The translations under genes and the position numbers were made by a program. 64,000 nt of DNA. Origin: an uncultured Acidobacteriota bacterium. GTDB lineage: Bacteria > Acidobacteriota > UBA6911. The DNA is taken from assembly GCA_963827655.1 (NCBI GenBank), contig CAWHCF010000032.1, positions 1 through 64,000 of the forward strand. The letters are read 5' to 3'. Numbering within the stretch: the first letter of the stretch is position 1; each line of letters starts with the position of its first letter. Of the stretch, positions 52,285 through 62,516 are shown piece after piece. Under the pieces are notes generated by a model. The model searched no databases and was not told the DNA's origin. It saw only the letters and a list, made by a program, of their open reading frames with translations.

Positions 52285-55119
52285 CTATGGACTCGAAGCT
52301 TTAACATTCACCCAGATGGGTGACGACCAGGCCAGCTGGCCATCCGCTTGCTGGACCCGGATGTAGTACCAGTTGCTACCCGCTGGGACTTTGGAATCCT
52401 CGTAGCTGATGTCCACGTTCTGCTTGCCTGGTTCGAAGGTGGTCAGATTTTCGTCGTTTCGACGTACGTCAATGCGTGCCACGTTACCGGTGCCGCGAAC
52501 CCGGATCGTCAGCCGCGGCTTTTCGCGGCTCTCGAACTCGTCGCCCATGAAATGCTCGCCGATGCGGAAATCGAGAACGATATTGTCGGTGGCGCCGTAG
52601 GTATGGCGCTTGCGAATGCCTTCCAGGACACCTTCCCGGCTGTTCTCCTTTACGTAAACCATGGCGTAAGAGATATGGGTCGACCCGTGATCGCTGGAAG
52701 TGATGGTCCCGAGACGATACCCCTTCTTCCAGGCGTTATTGACGAACCCGGCAGCCTCGTACCCGGCGCGGGTGTTGAGTTGCGCGTCTCTTTCAGCATC
52801 CGCAGCGCGGGGCGCGCCCACATACTCGTAGCTCGACCGGGCTCCTTGAAAGATTTCCACCACCGGCTCGAGCTGAGGATCATTGTCGCGCCAGTCGGTG
52901 CCCATGCGCGTTGCGCTGGTGTGAGAGATGGCGATCCCGCCGCTGCGTCTCAAGACTTCGTAGAGCAGCCTGGTGTCATCTTCGAGCAGCGCCCCGGTCC
53001 CAACTCCCGGACGTTCGCCCATCAAGCTCGCGCGGGTGAAGAAGGCTACGACCGGAATTCCGCGTCTGGCGTGAAAGATGTTTCGATGTCCGTTGGGATA
53101 GACCGCGCTGCGCTCGTAACCATAGAGCGAGACATACCGGTCCGGAAGGTGAAACATGTCCGTGGTTTTTTGCGTGTACCAGTAGGAGTAAAGATGGTCT
53201 CCCCCCGCGTTGTGATCCGTCACGGCGCCGAAATCCATTGCAGCGGCGTCGATCATGTATCGGTAAAAATCAAGGATAGAGCTATCCGTGGTTCCACCGT
53301 TGTCCCAGGAAAGCTCCGTATGCCGGTGCAGATCGCCTCGAACGACGCGTAACTCGTCGGCTCCGAGCCGGACGCGGGCTGCGCGCATGGCCTCGAGGTC
53401 CCCTTTTTCATCGGCATGCCCGCCGGCCAGCGCCGGCGCCGTTTCCGGGACCGGGTCGACCAGGCTCGGCTCTCGTGCCTGATTGAGCGGCTTGATAAAT
53501 CCCGCGTAGACTTGATTCACCACCGGTATATGAGAGTTTCCCCACCAGCGCCGGTTGTCTGTGGACCAGGCCAGCCAGATAGTTCCGGCTGCTCCTGCGG
53601 TGATGCTGGAGTGGCTGCTGACCCGGCCGAAACTGTCGGGGAGCTCCTGGGCGGGAGTCCAGCGATCTCCGTCATACTGCGTCACGTAACCCTGCCACAG
53701 CGATCGAGGCTGCGCGGCGCCTTCGATCCGGCGTTCCACGCGCCGCCGGAAGTGCGCCCAGATTCGCCCGTCCCGGTCCGAAGCCAGCTTCGGCCACTGC
53801 AAGAACTGTCGTTCGGCGGCCGGGAGCGCCTCTTCGATTCTAGCCGCAGGCTGCCGGACCTGATCTGCCACGTAACACCGCACCCGGACTTCTCGAGGGC
53901 CTCCCAGGACCGTTCCCGATTGGTTGCCGCGGATCGTGTATCCCTGGTCCTTTCCCCAGTGAGCCCCGCCTCGCTCCCACGCCACCCAGATTCTCCCGCC
54001 CTTGTCGAACGCGACGCTGGCATGAGCTTCAAAATAGGGGGACGCGGACACGGTGACTTCGTTCTTCCAGGTCCCTCTTTCGGCCTGGCGCAGGAATACG
54101 TCATAGTCGCCATTCCGATAGCTGTCCCACACGACCGCCACTCGTCCTTTCCCATCGGAGGCGACGGCAGGTTCCCAGTCATTGCCCCTGGATTCCGTTA
54201 CCGTGGAGGTTGCCTGCCAGCTTCCATTTTTCAGCGAACGAAGATAAATATTGAAGTCGCCGTCACGGTAGCCCTGCCAGGCCACGTGGATCTCGCCGGC
54301 GCTGTCGCCGGTCAGATGATGGTTGATGTCCGGGCCCGGCGCCTCGGTGAGCCGAACTCTTGGCGTCCAGGATTCTCCGTCGAGTGAGCGCGCGTACAGA
54401 TCCCAGTTGCCGCCGATCTGCTCCGACCATACCACCCAGACGCGGGACTTCCCGTCAACGGCGACTTGCGGTTTCCAGACATCTCCTTCTACTCCGGGCA
54501 CAGGAGTGAATGTCGCCCACCGGCCGTTCTGATAGCGGCGGATTCGAATCTCATCCATCTTGCCGCTGAAAGACGGCCAGACCGCCCAGGCGGTACCGTC
54601 CGCAGCTTCCGCGATCGACGGGAAATCTTCTTCGCGGGCATCACTGGTCAGTTTCGTGGAATCGGGAAGTCTTGTGATCTCGACGGCGCCGTCGAGTCTC
54701 TCGAGCCTGGAAGACGAGCGCAGCTCCGCTAGAGTAAAATCGAAGTTTCCGCGCAGAGTGGTGACTCGGAATCGCGATTGATCAGAGCCCAAACCGTAAA
54801 CCGTAATGCCGTTAGGAAGCCTGTCAGCGGACGCGGCTGGCGCGCTGGTGATCTTCCAACCGCCAACCCCTGCTGAATCTTGTTCCAGAAGGCGCAAGCC
54901 GTTTAAGGTGTCGATCCGGCCGTTCTCGATGCCAAGCGAGCCGTCCCAACTCGTCGGAGCCTGGTCTTTGTGTCCGAACGTGATGCGAAACGTGAAAGGA
55001 GCCGACGAACCCGCGCCGGCTTCCTGAGCTTTGATCAGTCCAGGACGAAACTCCCGCCAGAAGGAGATTCCCGCCAGGAAGGTAAGCAGAGGAAGAATCC
55101 AGAGAGACGATTTACGCAT
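52285..55119 (-). CDS. Large secreted beta-propeller plus PHP-like (DUF3604-type) metallohydrolase
   Basis: Propeller repeats; GDLHRHTELS; VTDHN; SSDH; C-terminal YYIRVQQADGQLAWSSPIWV. Confidence 0.8.
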   Translation of the reverse strand: MRKSSLWILPLLTFLAGISFWREFRPGLIKAQEAGAGSSAPFTFRITFGHKDQAPTSWDGSLGIENGRIDTLNGLRLLEQDSAGVGGWKITSAPAASADRLPNGITVYGLGSDQSRFRVTTLRGNFDFTLAELRSSSRLERLDGAVEITRLPDSTKLTSDAREEDFPSIAEAADGTAWAVWPSFSGKMDEIRIRRYQNGRWATFTPVPGVEGDVWKPQVAVDGKSRVWVVWSEQIGGNWDLYARSLDGESWTPRVRLTEAPGPDINHHLTGDSAGEIHVAWQGYRDGDFNIYLRSLKNGSWQATSTVTESRGNDWEPAVASDGKGRVAVVWDSYRNGDYDVFLRQAERGTWKNEVTVSASPYFEAHASVAFDKGGRIWVAWERGGAHWGKDQGYTIRGNQSGTVLGGPREVRVRCYVADQVRQPAARIEEALPAAERQFLQWPKLASDRDGRIWAHFRRRVERRIEGAAQPRSLWQGYVTQYDGDRWTPAQELPDSFGRVSSHSSITAGAAGTIWLAWSTDNRRWWGNSHIPVVNQVYAGFIKPLNQAREPSLVDPVPETAPALAGGHADEKGDLEAMRAARVRLGADELRVVRGDLHRHTELSWDNGGTTDSSILDFYRYMIDAAAMDFGAVTDHNAGGDHLYSYWYTQKTTDMFHLPDRYVSLYGYERSAVYPNGHRNIFHARRGIPVVAFFTRASLMGERPGVGTGALLEDDTRLLYEVLRRSGGIAISHTSATRMGTDWRDNDPQLEPVVEIFQGARSSYEYVGAPRAADAERDAQLNTRAGYEAAGFVNNAWKKGYRLGTITSSDHGSTHISYAMVYVKENSREGVLEGIRKRHTYGATDNIVLDFRIGEHFMGDEFESREKPRLTIRVRGTGNVARIDVRRNDENLTTFEPGKQNVDISYEDSKVPAGSNWYYIRVQQADGQLAWSSPIWVNVKASSP

Positions 55120-55278
55120 GCCATTCGCTCCGCAGGCCGGGACAAAAGCCAGGGCTGAGTTTGAGGCGCATGTTAGTCGCAGGTTCTCCTCAGGACAAGT
55201 CTTGATTTCATGGCCACCGTCTCGGGGCTTGCCAGGGCGCCGACGAAAGAGACACCAAGAACCCGGACGATTTTGCTT

Positions 55279-55301
55279 TTGGACAAATTGCATTGTACAA
55301 T
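55279..55301 (+). promoter_or_regulatory. Putative autorepression operator and -10 box of the Phd-VapC operon
   Basis: TTGGACAA-N6-TTGTACAA; the TGTACA core is the known YefM operator core and overlaps TACAAT just before the ATG. Confidence 0.5.
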
Positions 55302-55307
55302 TCGCCC

Positions 55308-55610
55308 ATGCCCAGGAAAGAAATCAATTTCAGCCAGGCACGTGAGCAGTTTCGTGCGCTCGTCGAGGACGTGAAGCGCTCGGGACGCCCCGTCACCATC
55401 CTGCGTCGCGGCAAGCCCCAGGCGGTCTTGATCAGTTATGACCAGTTCCAGGAGAAGTTTTCAAAAAAGAAGAAGTCGCCATGGCGCCTCGCCGGCACCC
55501 TGCAAGTCAGTCCCCACGTCGACATCGACGAGGCAATCCGACGAGGTCCGAAAATCCGGCGGGGATTATTTGCAGGAGCGGATACGAAGCTACATTCGAG
55601 ACCTGAGTGA
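55308..55610 (+). CDS. Phd/YefM family antitoxin
   Basis: INFSQAREQFRALVEDV...PVTILRRGKPQAVLIS. Confidence 0.88.
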   Translation: MPRKEINFSQAREQFRALVEDVKRSGRPVTILRRGKPQAVLISYDQFQEKFSKKKKSPWRLAGTLQVSPHVDIDEAIRRGPKIRRGLFAGADTKLHSRPE

Positions 55611-55616
55611 AGATTG

Positions 55617-56009
55617 ATGTATGTTACCGACACGCACGGTTTGGTATATCACAGTCGCGGTAAAGCTTCACAGCTTGGCATAAGAGCACGCCGTCTTTTC
55701 CAAAAAGCGGACTCCGGCAACTCTCTGATTTACGTTCCTACGATCGCCTTATGGGAAATTGCCGTGTTGGTCGCTCGCCGGTATCTGGATCTACCATATC
55801 ACTTCGATCATTGGTGTCGTAGCATTGAAAACAGCGCGGGCTTTGCCATTATGCCGCTGGACTGGTTGGACGTCGAGGAAGCGAGAAAGCTCCCCTTTGC
55901 AGATCCGTACGACTGCTTGATCGCAGGTACGGCGATCAGGCTGAATATGCCTCTGATCACCAGGGATCACGTCATAGTCGATTCCAAGCTGGTCGAGACG
56001 GTCTGGTAA
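55617..56009 (+). CDS. vapC: VapC (PIN domain) toxin
   Basis: YVTDTH; IALWEI; DPYDCLIAGTA; LITRD. Confidence 0.9.
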   Translation: MYVTDTHGLVYHSRGKASQLGIRARRLFQKADSGNSLIYVPTIALWEIAVLVARRYLDLPYHFDHWCRSIENSAGFAIMPLDWLDVEEARKLPFADPYDCLIAGTAIRLNMPLITRDHVIVDSKLVETVW

Positions 56010-56281
56010 GCTCCCATGGCGTCAAGCTACCGCACTCCAGGGGCGCGCTTTGGAGTGCGCAAGCTTGCTGCCGCGGTCGCCGACGGGACAGAAGGCCGTC
56101 GGCAGCATGACGCTCGGGAGCGCGAAACCACGCTGGATGTGGCAGAGCTGAATTTCGAGACAGTCTCTGATTACCGCGTGCCCGTTTTTATTGGTGCGGG
56201 CGAGCCGGAGGATCTCGAGTAACAGGAGCGCTCATTTTGTCTAAACAAGGCAGCTGTCACGGATTATTGTCGGGAGCCTGA

Positions 56282-57544
56282 ATGAAGACCATCCTGGTGT
56301 TGTTTCCGAATGATTGGGACCGGGCTGAATTCGGCCGGAGTAAGTACGAGGGAAAGTACAGGTTCGTCTTTTATGGAGACGACCTTTTCAAGTTACCCGG
56401 CGTCCTGAAACTCCTCAGTCTGAATATCCACGCGGTCATCGATGAGATTGTCTTGAAGTGCAGGAACGAAAGAATCGACGGCGTTCTTTCGACGGACGAG
56501 TATATCGGCGTGATTCTGGCGGCAGTGGTGGCGAAGCGACTGGGACTTCCGGGCCCCGAGCCGAAGAGAATTCTTGTCGCTCAGCATAAGTTCTACGCCC
56601 GGAAGATTCAGAGGCGCGTGGTTCCTTCGGCGACGCCCCGTTTCACGCTGATACCCCATCATACGAAGATCAACCTGCCTCTTTCTTTTCCCATTTTTGT
56701 GAAGCCGGTCAAGGGAACCTACTCTATCCTGGCGCGGCGTGTGGAGGACTTCGACGATCTGCGAAGTTATCTCCGGATCGGGCTGCTCGAGAGATTTCTG
56801 TACAGGAAGGTGACTCGCCCCTTTAATGACCTCTTGCGCTCATACACTTCATGCCAGACCGACGCGAATCATTTCCTGGGCGAAGAGGTCATCGCCGGCA
56901 TGCAGGTTACTGTCGACGGCTATGCCTATCGGGGAAAGATTGAGATCCTGGGGATCGTAGATTCCGTCATGTACCCCAGGACCGGCGCTTTCGAGAGATT
57001 CGAATATCCTTCCAGGCTGGGCTCCGGGGTTCAAGAACGGCTTGCCGCCCTGGCTCGATCCTTCATCAGAGGAATGAAATTCGAATACGGGTTGTTCAAC
57101 ATAGAGATGTTCTATAACCCGGAAACGGGCGACGCCAAGATCATCGAAATCAATCCGCGCATTTCCTACCAGTTCGCAGACTTGTATGAAAAAGTCGACG
57201 GGTTCAACATGTACGACCTTTTGATCTCGCTGGCCCTGGGCGAAAGTCCCTCGTTCAGAAGAGGCAAGGGGGACTATCGAAATTCAGCAAGTTTTGTCTT
57301 GAGGACATTCCGGGGCAGGAGGCTCCAGGCCAGTCCCGATCGAGAACACGTTCAGCGGCTGCGCCGGCAGTTTGAGGATGCCAGATTGATGCTTTACGGG
57401 CAAAGGGGGTGCAGCTTCGCCCGTGAGATGCGCATGGTGGGTAGCTTCAGGTACGCTGTCATAAACATGGGCGCCGCGAGCCCTCAGGATCTTTTTCGTC
57501 GATTCAAATCCGCCCGCGACCAGCTTCCGTTCCACTTTGTCTGA
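56282..57544 (+). CDS. ATP-grasp domain protein
   Basis: QHKFYAR; FPIFVKPVKG; QVTVDG; GLFNIEM; IIEINPR. Confidence 0.85.
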   Translation: MKTILVLFPNDWDRAEFGRSKYEGKYRFVFYGDDLFKLPGVLKLLSLNIHAVIDEIVLKCRNERIDGVLSTDEYIGVILAAVVAKRLGLPGPEPKRILVAQHKFYARKIQRRVVPSATPRFTLIPHHTKINLPLSFPIFVKPVKGTYSILARRVEDFDDLRSYLRIGLLERFLYRKVTRPFNDLLRSYTSCQTDANHFLGEEVIAGMQVTVDGYAYRGKIEILGIVDSVMYPRTGAFERFEYPSRLGSGVQERLAALARSFIRGMKFEYGLFNIEMFYNPETGDAKIIEINPRISYQFADLYEKVDGFNMYDLLISLALGESPSFRRGKGDYRNSASFVLRTFRGRRLQASPDREHVQRLRRQFEDARLMLYGQRGCSFAREMRMVGSFRYAVINMGAASPQDLFRRFKSARDQLPFHFV

Positions 57545-57613
57545 AAAGAGGGAGGTCCCACACGTTCACCTGATTTCACGCGGACGGAGGGTAATGCTTT
57601 TCCTGGAGGATCA

Positions 57614-58109
57614 GTGAGAGAGCTTGAAAGAATCGGAGATCAACTCAGACGATCGTTCGACGGAGACGCGTTCTATGGGCCTTCGCTCTGGGAGCTGGTC
57701 AGAGATATCACGGCTGAGAAAGCTGCCGCCAGTCCGCTGGCCGGCACGCACAGCATTTGGGAAATCATTCTTCACGTCGCGGCGTGGGAAGGCGCCGTGC
57801 GATCGAGAATCGAGGGGGGACGGGTCGAACTTCCCGCAGAGGGAGATTGGCCTGCGATCGCCGACTCCAGTAGCGCGGAATGGAGCAAGAGCCTGGCTGC
57901 CCTTGAGCTCGGTCACAAGAGACTGCTTCAAGCTGTCGCAAGAACTCACTGATGACCGGCTGGACGAGCTTCTCGGAACTGAGCGGGATCGGCCTACCGG
58001 CGCGGGCGTATCCGTCTATGTCACGCTGCATGGCATCGCGCAGCATAATGTCTACCATAGCGGCCAGATTGCGCTCCTTCGCAGTCGCGCGGAGCTCGCG
58101 CATGAGTAG
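57614..58109 (+). CDS. DinB family protein (frameshift near 57945)
   Basis: HSIWEIILHVAAWE...LHGIAQHNVYHSGQIALL. Confidence 0.85.
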
Positions 58110-59214
58110 CTTTCGTCCTGTGAGCGGCCCGCCTCCGAAGATCTTCCTCAGCTATCGGCGAGACGATGCCGGCGCCCTCGCCCGAGTCTTCTACGAAGCG
58201 CTCGACCAGCGGTTCCCGGGGCGTGTCTTCCTCGACGTCGCCGAGGTCGAGCCCGGTGTCGACTTCGTCTCCGCAATCGACACCTCGATGCGCGAGTCGG
58301 GCGCGTGCGTCGCCTTGATCGGGCCGAAGTGGATGGCGGTTGACGCTACGGGCCGCGCGCGCCTGCAGGACGAACGCGACTACGTCCGGCGCGAGATCGC
58401 GGCCGCCCTCGAACGGAAGATCCTGATAATCCCGGTCGAGCTGCCGGGAGCGACGATGCCGCGCGCGAGCGATCTTCCTGCCGACATCGCGGGGCTGGCG
58501 AGGCTCAACGCGTTAGAGATATTCGAATCCAAATTCGCGGACGGCGTTCAGGGGCTGGTGGAGCTGATCGAGCGCCACTTCGGAGAAGACCGGGATCGAG
58601 TGCGGCTCTCCGGCATGCTCTCGAACCAGGGTTGGACCGTATACATCGACATCCAGGACCTCGACGTGCAAGAGATCGCCTACCGCGTCGACGGCAAGGG
58701 AACGTTCCGGAGCACGGGGTTCGAGACCACTCGCGATCGCGCCACCGGTCGAGCGCAGGCCCGCCGCCATTTCTCGCTCCCGGCGTCCGCTCGTCGTCAC
58801 GACGTGGAAATCCGATACACCGACCTGCGCGGTCGCGAGCACGGGCCGTTTGTGGTTGGGTTCGACGCGCAAGCGGAGCTGGTGCGCTCGACGCGCTCGA
58901 TTCTGGAGATGACGCCGCAGTGGATTTCGTTCGCCGAGGGCGGCGAGGAGGGCAAGGTGGTCGTCTACTTTTCACACCTGCTGTCCTACAAGGCCGCGCT
59001 GCAGGAGATCCGCTTCTCCGTCGACGATGATGCGCTCGACCGAACGCTGCGGTTCGTCCGCAGCACCGAGGACCCGACGCACGGGATCGACCAGGCCGAT
59101 GAGATGATGGTCGAGGTCCCGAGAGGGACGAGAAGTGTCTGGGTCCGCCTGACCTACGCCGACGGCACACGCAGCGAGGCCGTCGAGTTCGAGCTGCCGA
59201 CGAAGCCGAACTGA
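58102..59214 (+). CDS. TIR domain protein with duplicated uncharacterised beta-rich C-terminal domain
   Basis: KIFLSYRRDD...VFLDV...PGVDF...ALIGPKW...DYVRREIAAAL (Glu at the catalytic position); ATG overlaps the dinB stop. Confidence 0.88.
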   Translation: MSSFRPVSGPPPKIFLSYRRDDAGALARVFYEALDQRFPGRVFLDVAEVEPGVDFVSAIDTSMRESGACVALIGPKWMAVDATGRARLQDERDYVRREIAAALERKILIIPVELPGATMPRASDLPADIAGLARLNALEIFESKFADGVQGLVELIERHFGEDRDRVRLSGMLSNQGWTVYIDIQDLDVQEIAYRVDGKGTFRSTGFETTRDRATGRAQARRHFSLPASARRHDVEIRYTDLRGREHGPFVVGFDAQAELVRSTRSILEMTPQWISFAEGGEEGKVVVYFSHLLSYKAALQEIRFSVDDDALDRTLRFVRSTEDPTHGIDQADEMMVEVPRGTRSVWVRLTYADGTRSEAVEFELPTKPN

Positions 59215-59306
59215 GACTCGGCATCCTCGTTCGCGGCGGCGACTCCGCCATCGCTGGCCGGTCGCGAAAACCTCAACTCGTACTTGCGGTTGCTATCGGA
59301 GTGAAA

Positions 59307-59615
59307 TCACCTTCCTATAACTTCCACTTTTTCTGCTCCGATACCCGACAATTCATCTTTCGAAAGCCAACCCTCCGATACTAACCGAGAGAAGACCCAC
59401 ATTAATACGGAGTAGCGATAGTCGTACTTCTGATCGATCTTGCGTCGTTTCTCGGACAAAAAGTCGTGCAGCTGCCAAACCGCGCGATCCTCTCGCGAGT
59501 TCTGCAAGATAGCTTCAGCTTCTTGCCTTATCGATTTCATTTCGCGAGCGAGCGCAAGATCAAACGCAGCGCGGGCAGCTTTTTTCTCGGCTGGCGACCA
59601 AGTGAATTCACGCAT
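59307..59615 (-). CDS. Fluorescence recovery protein-like (FRP-like) protein
   Basis: WSPAEK..A..AF..A..RE...VWQLHDFLSEKRRKIDQKYDYRYSVL..VF..LV.EG parallels the cyanobacterial FRP motif W.LHDFLS.KRH.ID.KYD.R.SV. Confidence 0.82.
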   Translation of the reverse strand: MREFTWSPAEKKAARAAFDLALAREMKSIRQEAEAILQNSREDRAVWQLHDFLSEKRRKIDQKYDYRYSVLMWVFSRLVSEGWLSKDELSGIGAEKVEVIGR

Positions 59616-59663
59616 AAGACAATACCTGCTCTTTCTTCTGGGGCAACAGTTAACGATTGAATC

Positions 59664-59702
59664 GTCTAACGCTCGGCATCAGCGGCGGCGCGGTGGGCCG
59701 TC
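59664..59702 (-). other. Right half of an integron attC-like site
   Basis: Reverse strand ...CGCCGCTGATGCCGAGC-GTTAGAC (GTTRRRY core), about 50 bp before the FRP-like start. Confidence 0.5.
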
Positions 59703-59863
59703 CTCGTGAACCAGCCGCCAGAGCGATTCTGTGGCGACAGTAGTGTCGGTTGCGAACCTGAAGAACCTCGCACCGTTCGAGGAAAGACGGGGAGTATCAG
59801 CCACGCCGGTAGACTACTGGCAGCAGGAAATGTACAACGAAGTATTTCTAAATTGTAAAGGAT

Positions 59864-62500
59864 TCACTCCGCGCGCAGGGCGCTCATGGGATCGATCGAG
59901 GCCGCGCGCCGCGCCGGCAGGTAGCAGGCGAGCCAGGCGGTGGCGGCCAGGACCAGCGAGACGCCCGCGAACGTGAGCGGATCGGTCGGCTCGACCCCGT
60001 ACAGCAGGCCGCGCAGCATGTGGGTCACGGCCAGCGATCCGGCCACCCCCAGTGCGAGGCCCGCCGCCACGCGGGTCATGCCCTGCACGATGACCATGCG
60101 CAGCACGCGGGCCGGCGTGGCTCCCAGAGCTATGCGAATCCCGATTTCCTGCGTGCGCTGGTTGACTACGAGTGCCATCACACCTGCGATACCGGCTGCC
60201 GTGATGACCAGAGCGACGCCGGCGAACAATCCGATGAGCACGGTCGTGAGCCGCTTGGGGGCGAGCGACTCGGTGCGCAGGCGCTCCAGAGTCTGCAGGT
60301 CGAAGACCGCCTGTTCGGGGTCGACTGAATAGACTGCCTGGCGCACATCGCGCGCCAGGCTCAGCGGATCTGCGCTTGTGCGCACCAGCAGGTGAGAAAT
60401 ACCCGGGTTCTGGGCGAACGGGAGGTAGACCTCGTCCCTGGGCTCGGTATCGAGTCCATACTGCCGGACGTCCCCGGCCACGCCGACGATGGTAAACCAC
60501 GTGCGCCCCCCGTCGCGCGTGATGCGCCGGCCGATGGGATCCTCGTCACCCCAGAAGTGCCGGGCCATTCGCTGGTTGATGATGGCCGCGGGCGGCGCCT
60601 CGGACCGGTCGGATTCGGCGAACGGGCGTCCGCGCGCCATGGGTTGGCCGATGGTCTCGAAGTAGTCGGTGCTGACAATGCGCGAATCCACGCGGGGCGC
60701 GGGCTGGCCGGGCGGGAGGAGGCGGCCTTCGATCTGGACCGGTCCCCCGAAGCCGAATGTGTTCTGCAGCGGAATGCGCACCGCCAGTGCGGCAGAGGTG
60801 ACGCCCGGCATAGTCCGGAGCCTTTGGAGCAGCGCCTGGCCGAAGTTCAAGCGGCGCTGCTGGTCACCGTAGCGCGAAAAATTCAGGTTGATGCGCATCG
60901 TCAGGACCCGGTCAGCGTTGAAGCCCGGGTGGACCCGGCTGAGCGCAAGCAGGCTGCGCACCATCAGCCCCGCTCCGATCACCAACACGAACGAGATCGC
61001 CACCTGAGCCACAACCAGAACGCTGCGCGCGCGGGCGCTGCCGGCGCTGGAGCCCGCTCGCGAGCTCCCCTGGCCCAGCGCGATCGCGAGGTCTCGCCGG
61101 GTCGAAAGCGCAGGAATGATGCCGAAGGCCAGCCCGGTTACCACCGACGCAATCAGTGTGAACCAAAGCACGGATGAATCGATAGCTACCTCCGCTGCGC
61201 GCGGAGTGAAGCGCGCGGCGAACTTCACCAGCAGGTTCAAAGAGCCCGCGGCCAGGAGCAAGCCGGCCGCGCCGCCGGCGAGAGCCAGTATCATGCTCTC
61301 CGTCACCATCTGCCGGATCAGCCGGCCGCGGCTCGCGCCTATCGCGGCGCGCACCGCCATTTCCCGCTCGCGCGCCAGCACTCGCGCCAGCATCAGGTTG
61401 GCCACGTTGGCGCAGGCGATCAGCAGCACCAGGCCCGCCGTTCCCAGCAGGATCAGAAAGGTGAGGCGGGCGTTTTGCGTCAGCTCTTCCTTCAGCGGCG
61501 TAGCGCGAATGGCGAAGCCGCCGCCGGCCGGATAGGCTTCGGGGTATTGCGCCGCCATGCGCGCCGCCGCGGTCGAAAGGTCCGCCTGTGCCTGCGGGAG
61601 TTGCGCTTCGGGGCGCAGGCGACCGAAGACGCTGACCAGCCGGAAAGTTCGTTGCTCGATGTTGCGCGGATTCGACCGGAACGGGCAGGCCGGTACCGCC
61701 ATATACACGTCGTTTTCCTGCGGGAACTGCGGCACCGGCGGCAGGACGCCGATAACCATGTGGCTGCGATCGTTCATCTTGAAAACGCGGCCGACGATGT
61801 TCCGGTCGCCGCCGTGGCTGCGCTGCCAGTAGTCGTAGCTCAGCACGAGGACCGGCTCTGCGCCCGTATGTTCCTCGTGGGGAAGGAAGGTTCTGCCTAG
61901 CAGCGGTTTGACCCCCAGCACATCGAAGAAGTTCGCCGAAACCACACCGGTCTGGACCTGCTCGGGTTCGTCACGCCCCAGAAGAATGAAAGACATCGAG
62001 TGATATTCCACCAGGTCGCTGAGGGTCTGGTTCTGCCGGCGGTAGTCTGCCAGCTCGTTGGGCGAGAATCCCAGAGAATCGATGCCGGCCTTCGGCGCCT
62101 GCTGCCGGAGAAAAACCAGCTGCCGGTCGTTAGCGTAAGGGAGTGGTTGCAGCAAGGCGCCGTTGACCAGGCTGAAAACGGCCGTGTTAGCCCCGATGCC
62201 GAACGCCAGAACCAGGGCGGCGACGGACGTGAAGGCCGGGTTGCGGCGCATCATGCGCACGGCATAGCCGGCGTCCTGGCGCAACATGTCCCAGTGCTCG
62301 CGCGGTCCGATGCGGAGCGCGCCCGCCAGCGTGGAACCCCATAGCCGGAGCAAACCGATTTTTCCTTTGAGCTCGGCTTCGCGCCGCTGGTCGCGGAAGA
62401 CTTCCTCCATTTCGGAGCCGAAGTCGCCGCGGAAGTCGGCGGGAAAGAGGCTGAGCAGCGCCCGGTAGAGCCGGTCTGAAAAGGGGAATCTAGGGGGCAT
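59864..62500 (-). CDS. ADOP family duplicated MacB/FtsX-like permease
   Basis: QDAGYAVRMMRRNPAFT...GIGANTAVFS; VLLIACANVANL; QRTQEIGIRIALGA; PARRAASIDPMSALRAE. Confidence 0.95.
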   Translation of the reverse strand: MPPRFPFSDRLYRALLSLFPADFRGDFGSEMEEVFRDQRREAELKGKIGLLRLWGSTLAGALRIGPREHWDMLRQDAGYAVRMMRRNPAFTSVAALVLAFGIGANTAVFSLVNGALLQPLPYANDRQLVFLRQQAPKAGIDSLGFSPNELADYRRQNQTLSDLVEYHSMSFILLGRDEPEQVQTGVVSANFFDVLGVKPLLGRTFLPHEEHTGAEPVLVLSYDYWQRSHGGDRNIVGRVFKMNDRSHMVIGVLPPVPQFPQENDVYMAVPACPFRSNPRNIEQRTFRLVSVFGRLRPEAQLPQAQADLSTAAARMAAQYPEAYPAGGGFAIRATPLKEELTQNARLTFLILLGTAGLVLLIACANVANLMLARVLAREREMAVRAAIGASRGRLIRQMVTESMILALAGGAAGLLLAAGSLNLLVKFAARFTPRAAEVAIDSSVLWFTLIASVVTGLAFGIIPALSTRRDLAIALGQGSSRAGSSAGSARARSVLVVAQVAISFVLVIGAGLMVRSLLALSRVHPGFNADRVLTMRINLNFSRYGDQQRRLNFGQALLQRLRTMPGVTSAALAVRIPLQNTFGFGGPVQIEGRLLPPGQPAPRVDSRIVSTDYFETIGQPMARGRPFAESDRSEAPPAAIINQRMARHFWGDEDPIGRRITRDGGRTWFTIVGVAGDVRQYGLDTEPRDEVYLPFAQNPGISHLLVRTSADPLSLARDVRQAVYSVDPEQAVFDLQTLERLRTESLAPKRLTTVLIGLFAGVALVITAAGIAGVMALVVNQRTQEIGIRIALGATPARVLRMVIVQGMTRVAAGLALGVAGSLAVTHMLRGLLYGVEPTDPLTFAGVSLVLAATAWLACYLPARRAASIDPMSALRAE

Positions 62501-62516
62501 GGAAGTCTCCGTTCTC

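Noticed and set aside
59731-59860. Short ORF MATVVSVANL...
   Set aside because: No recognisable family, and it runs into the permease 3' end; cannot be supported
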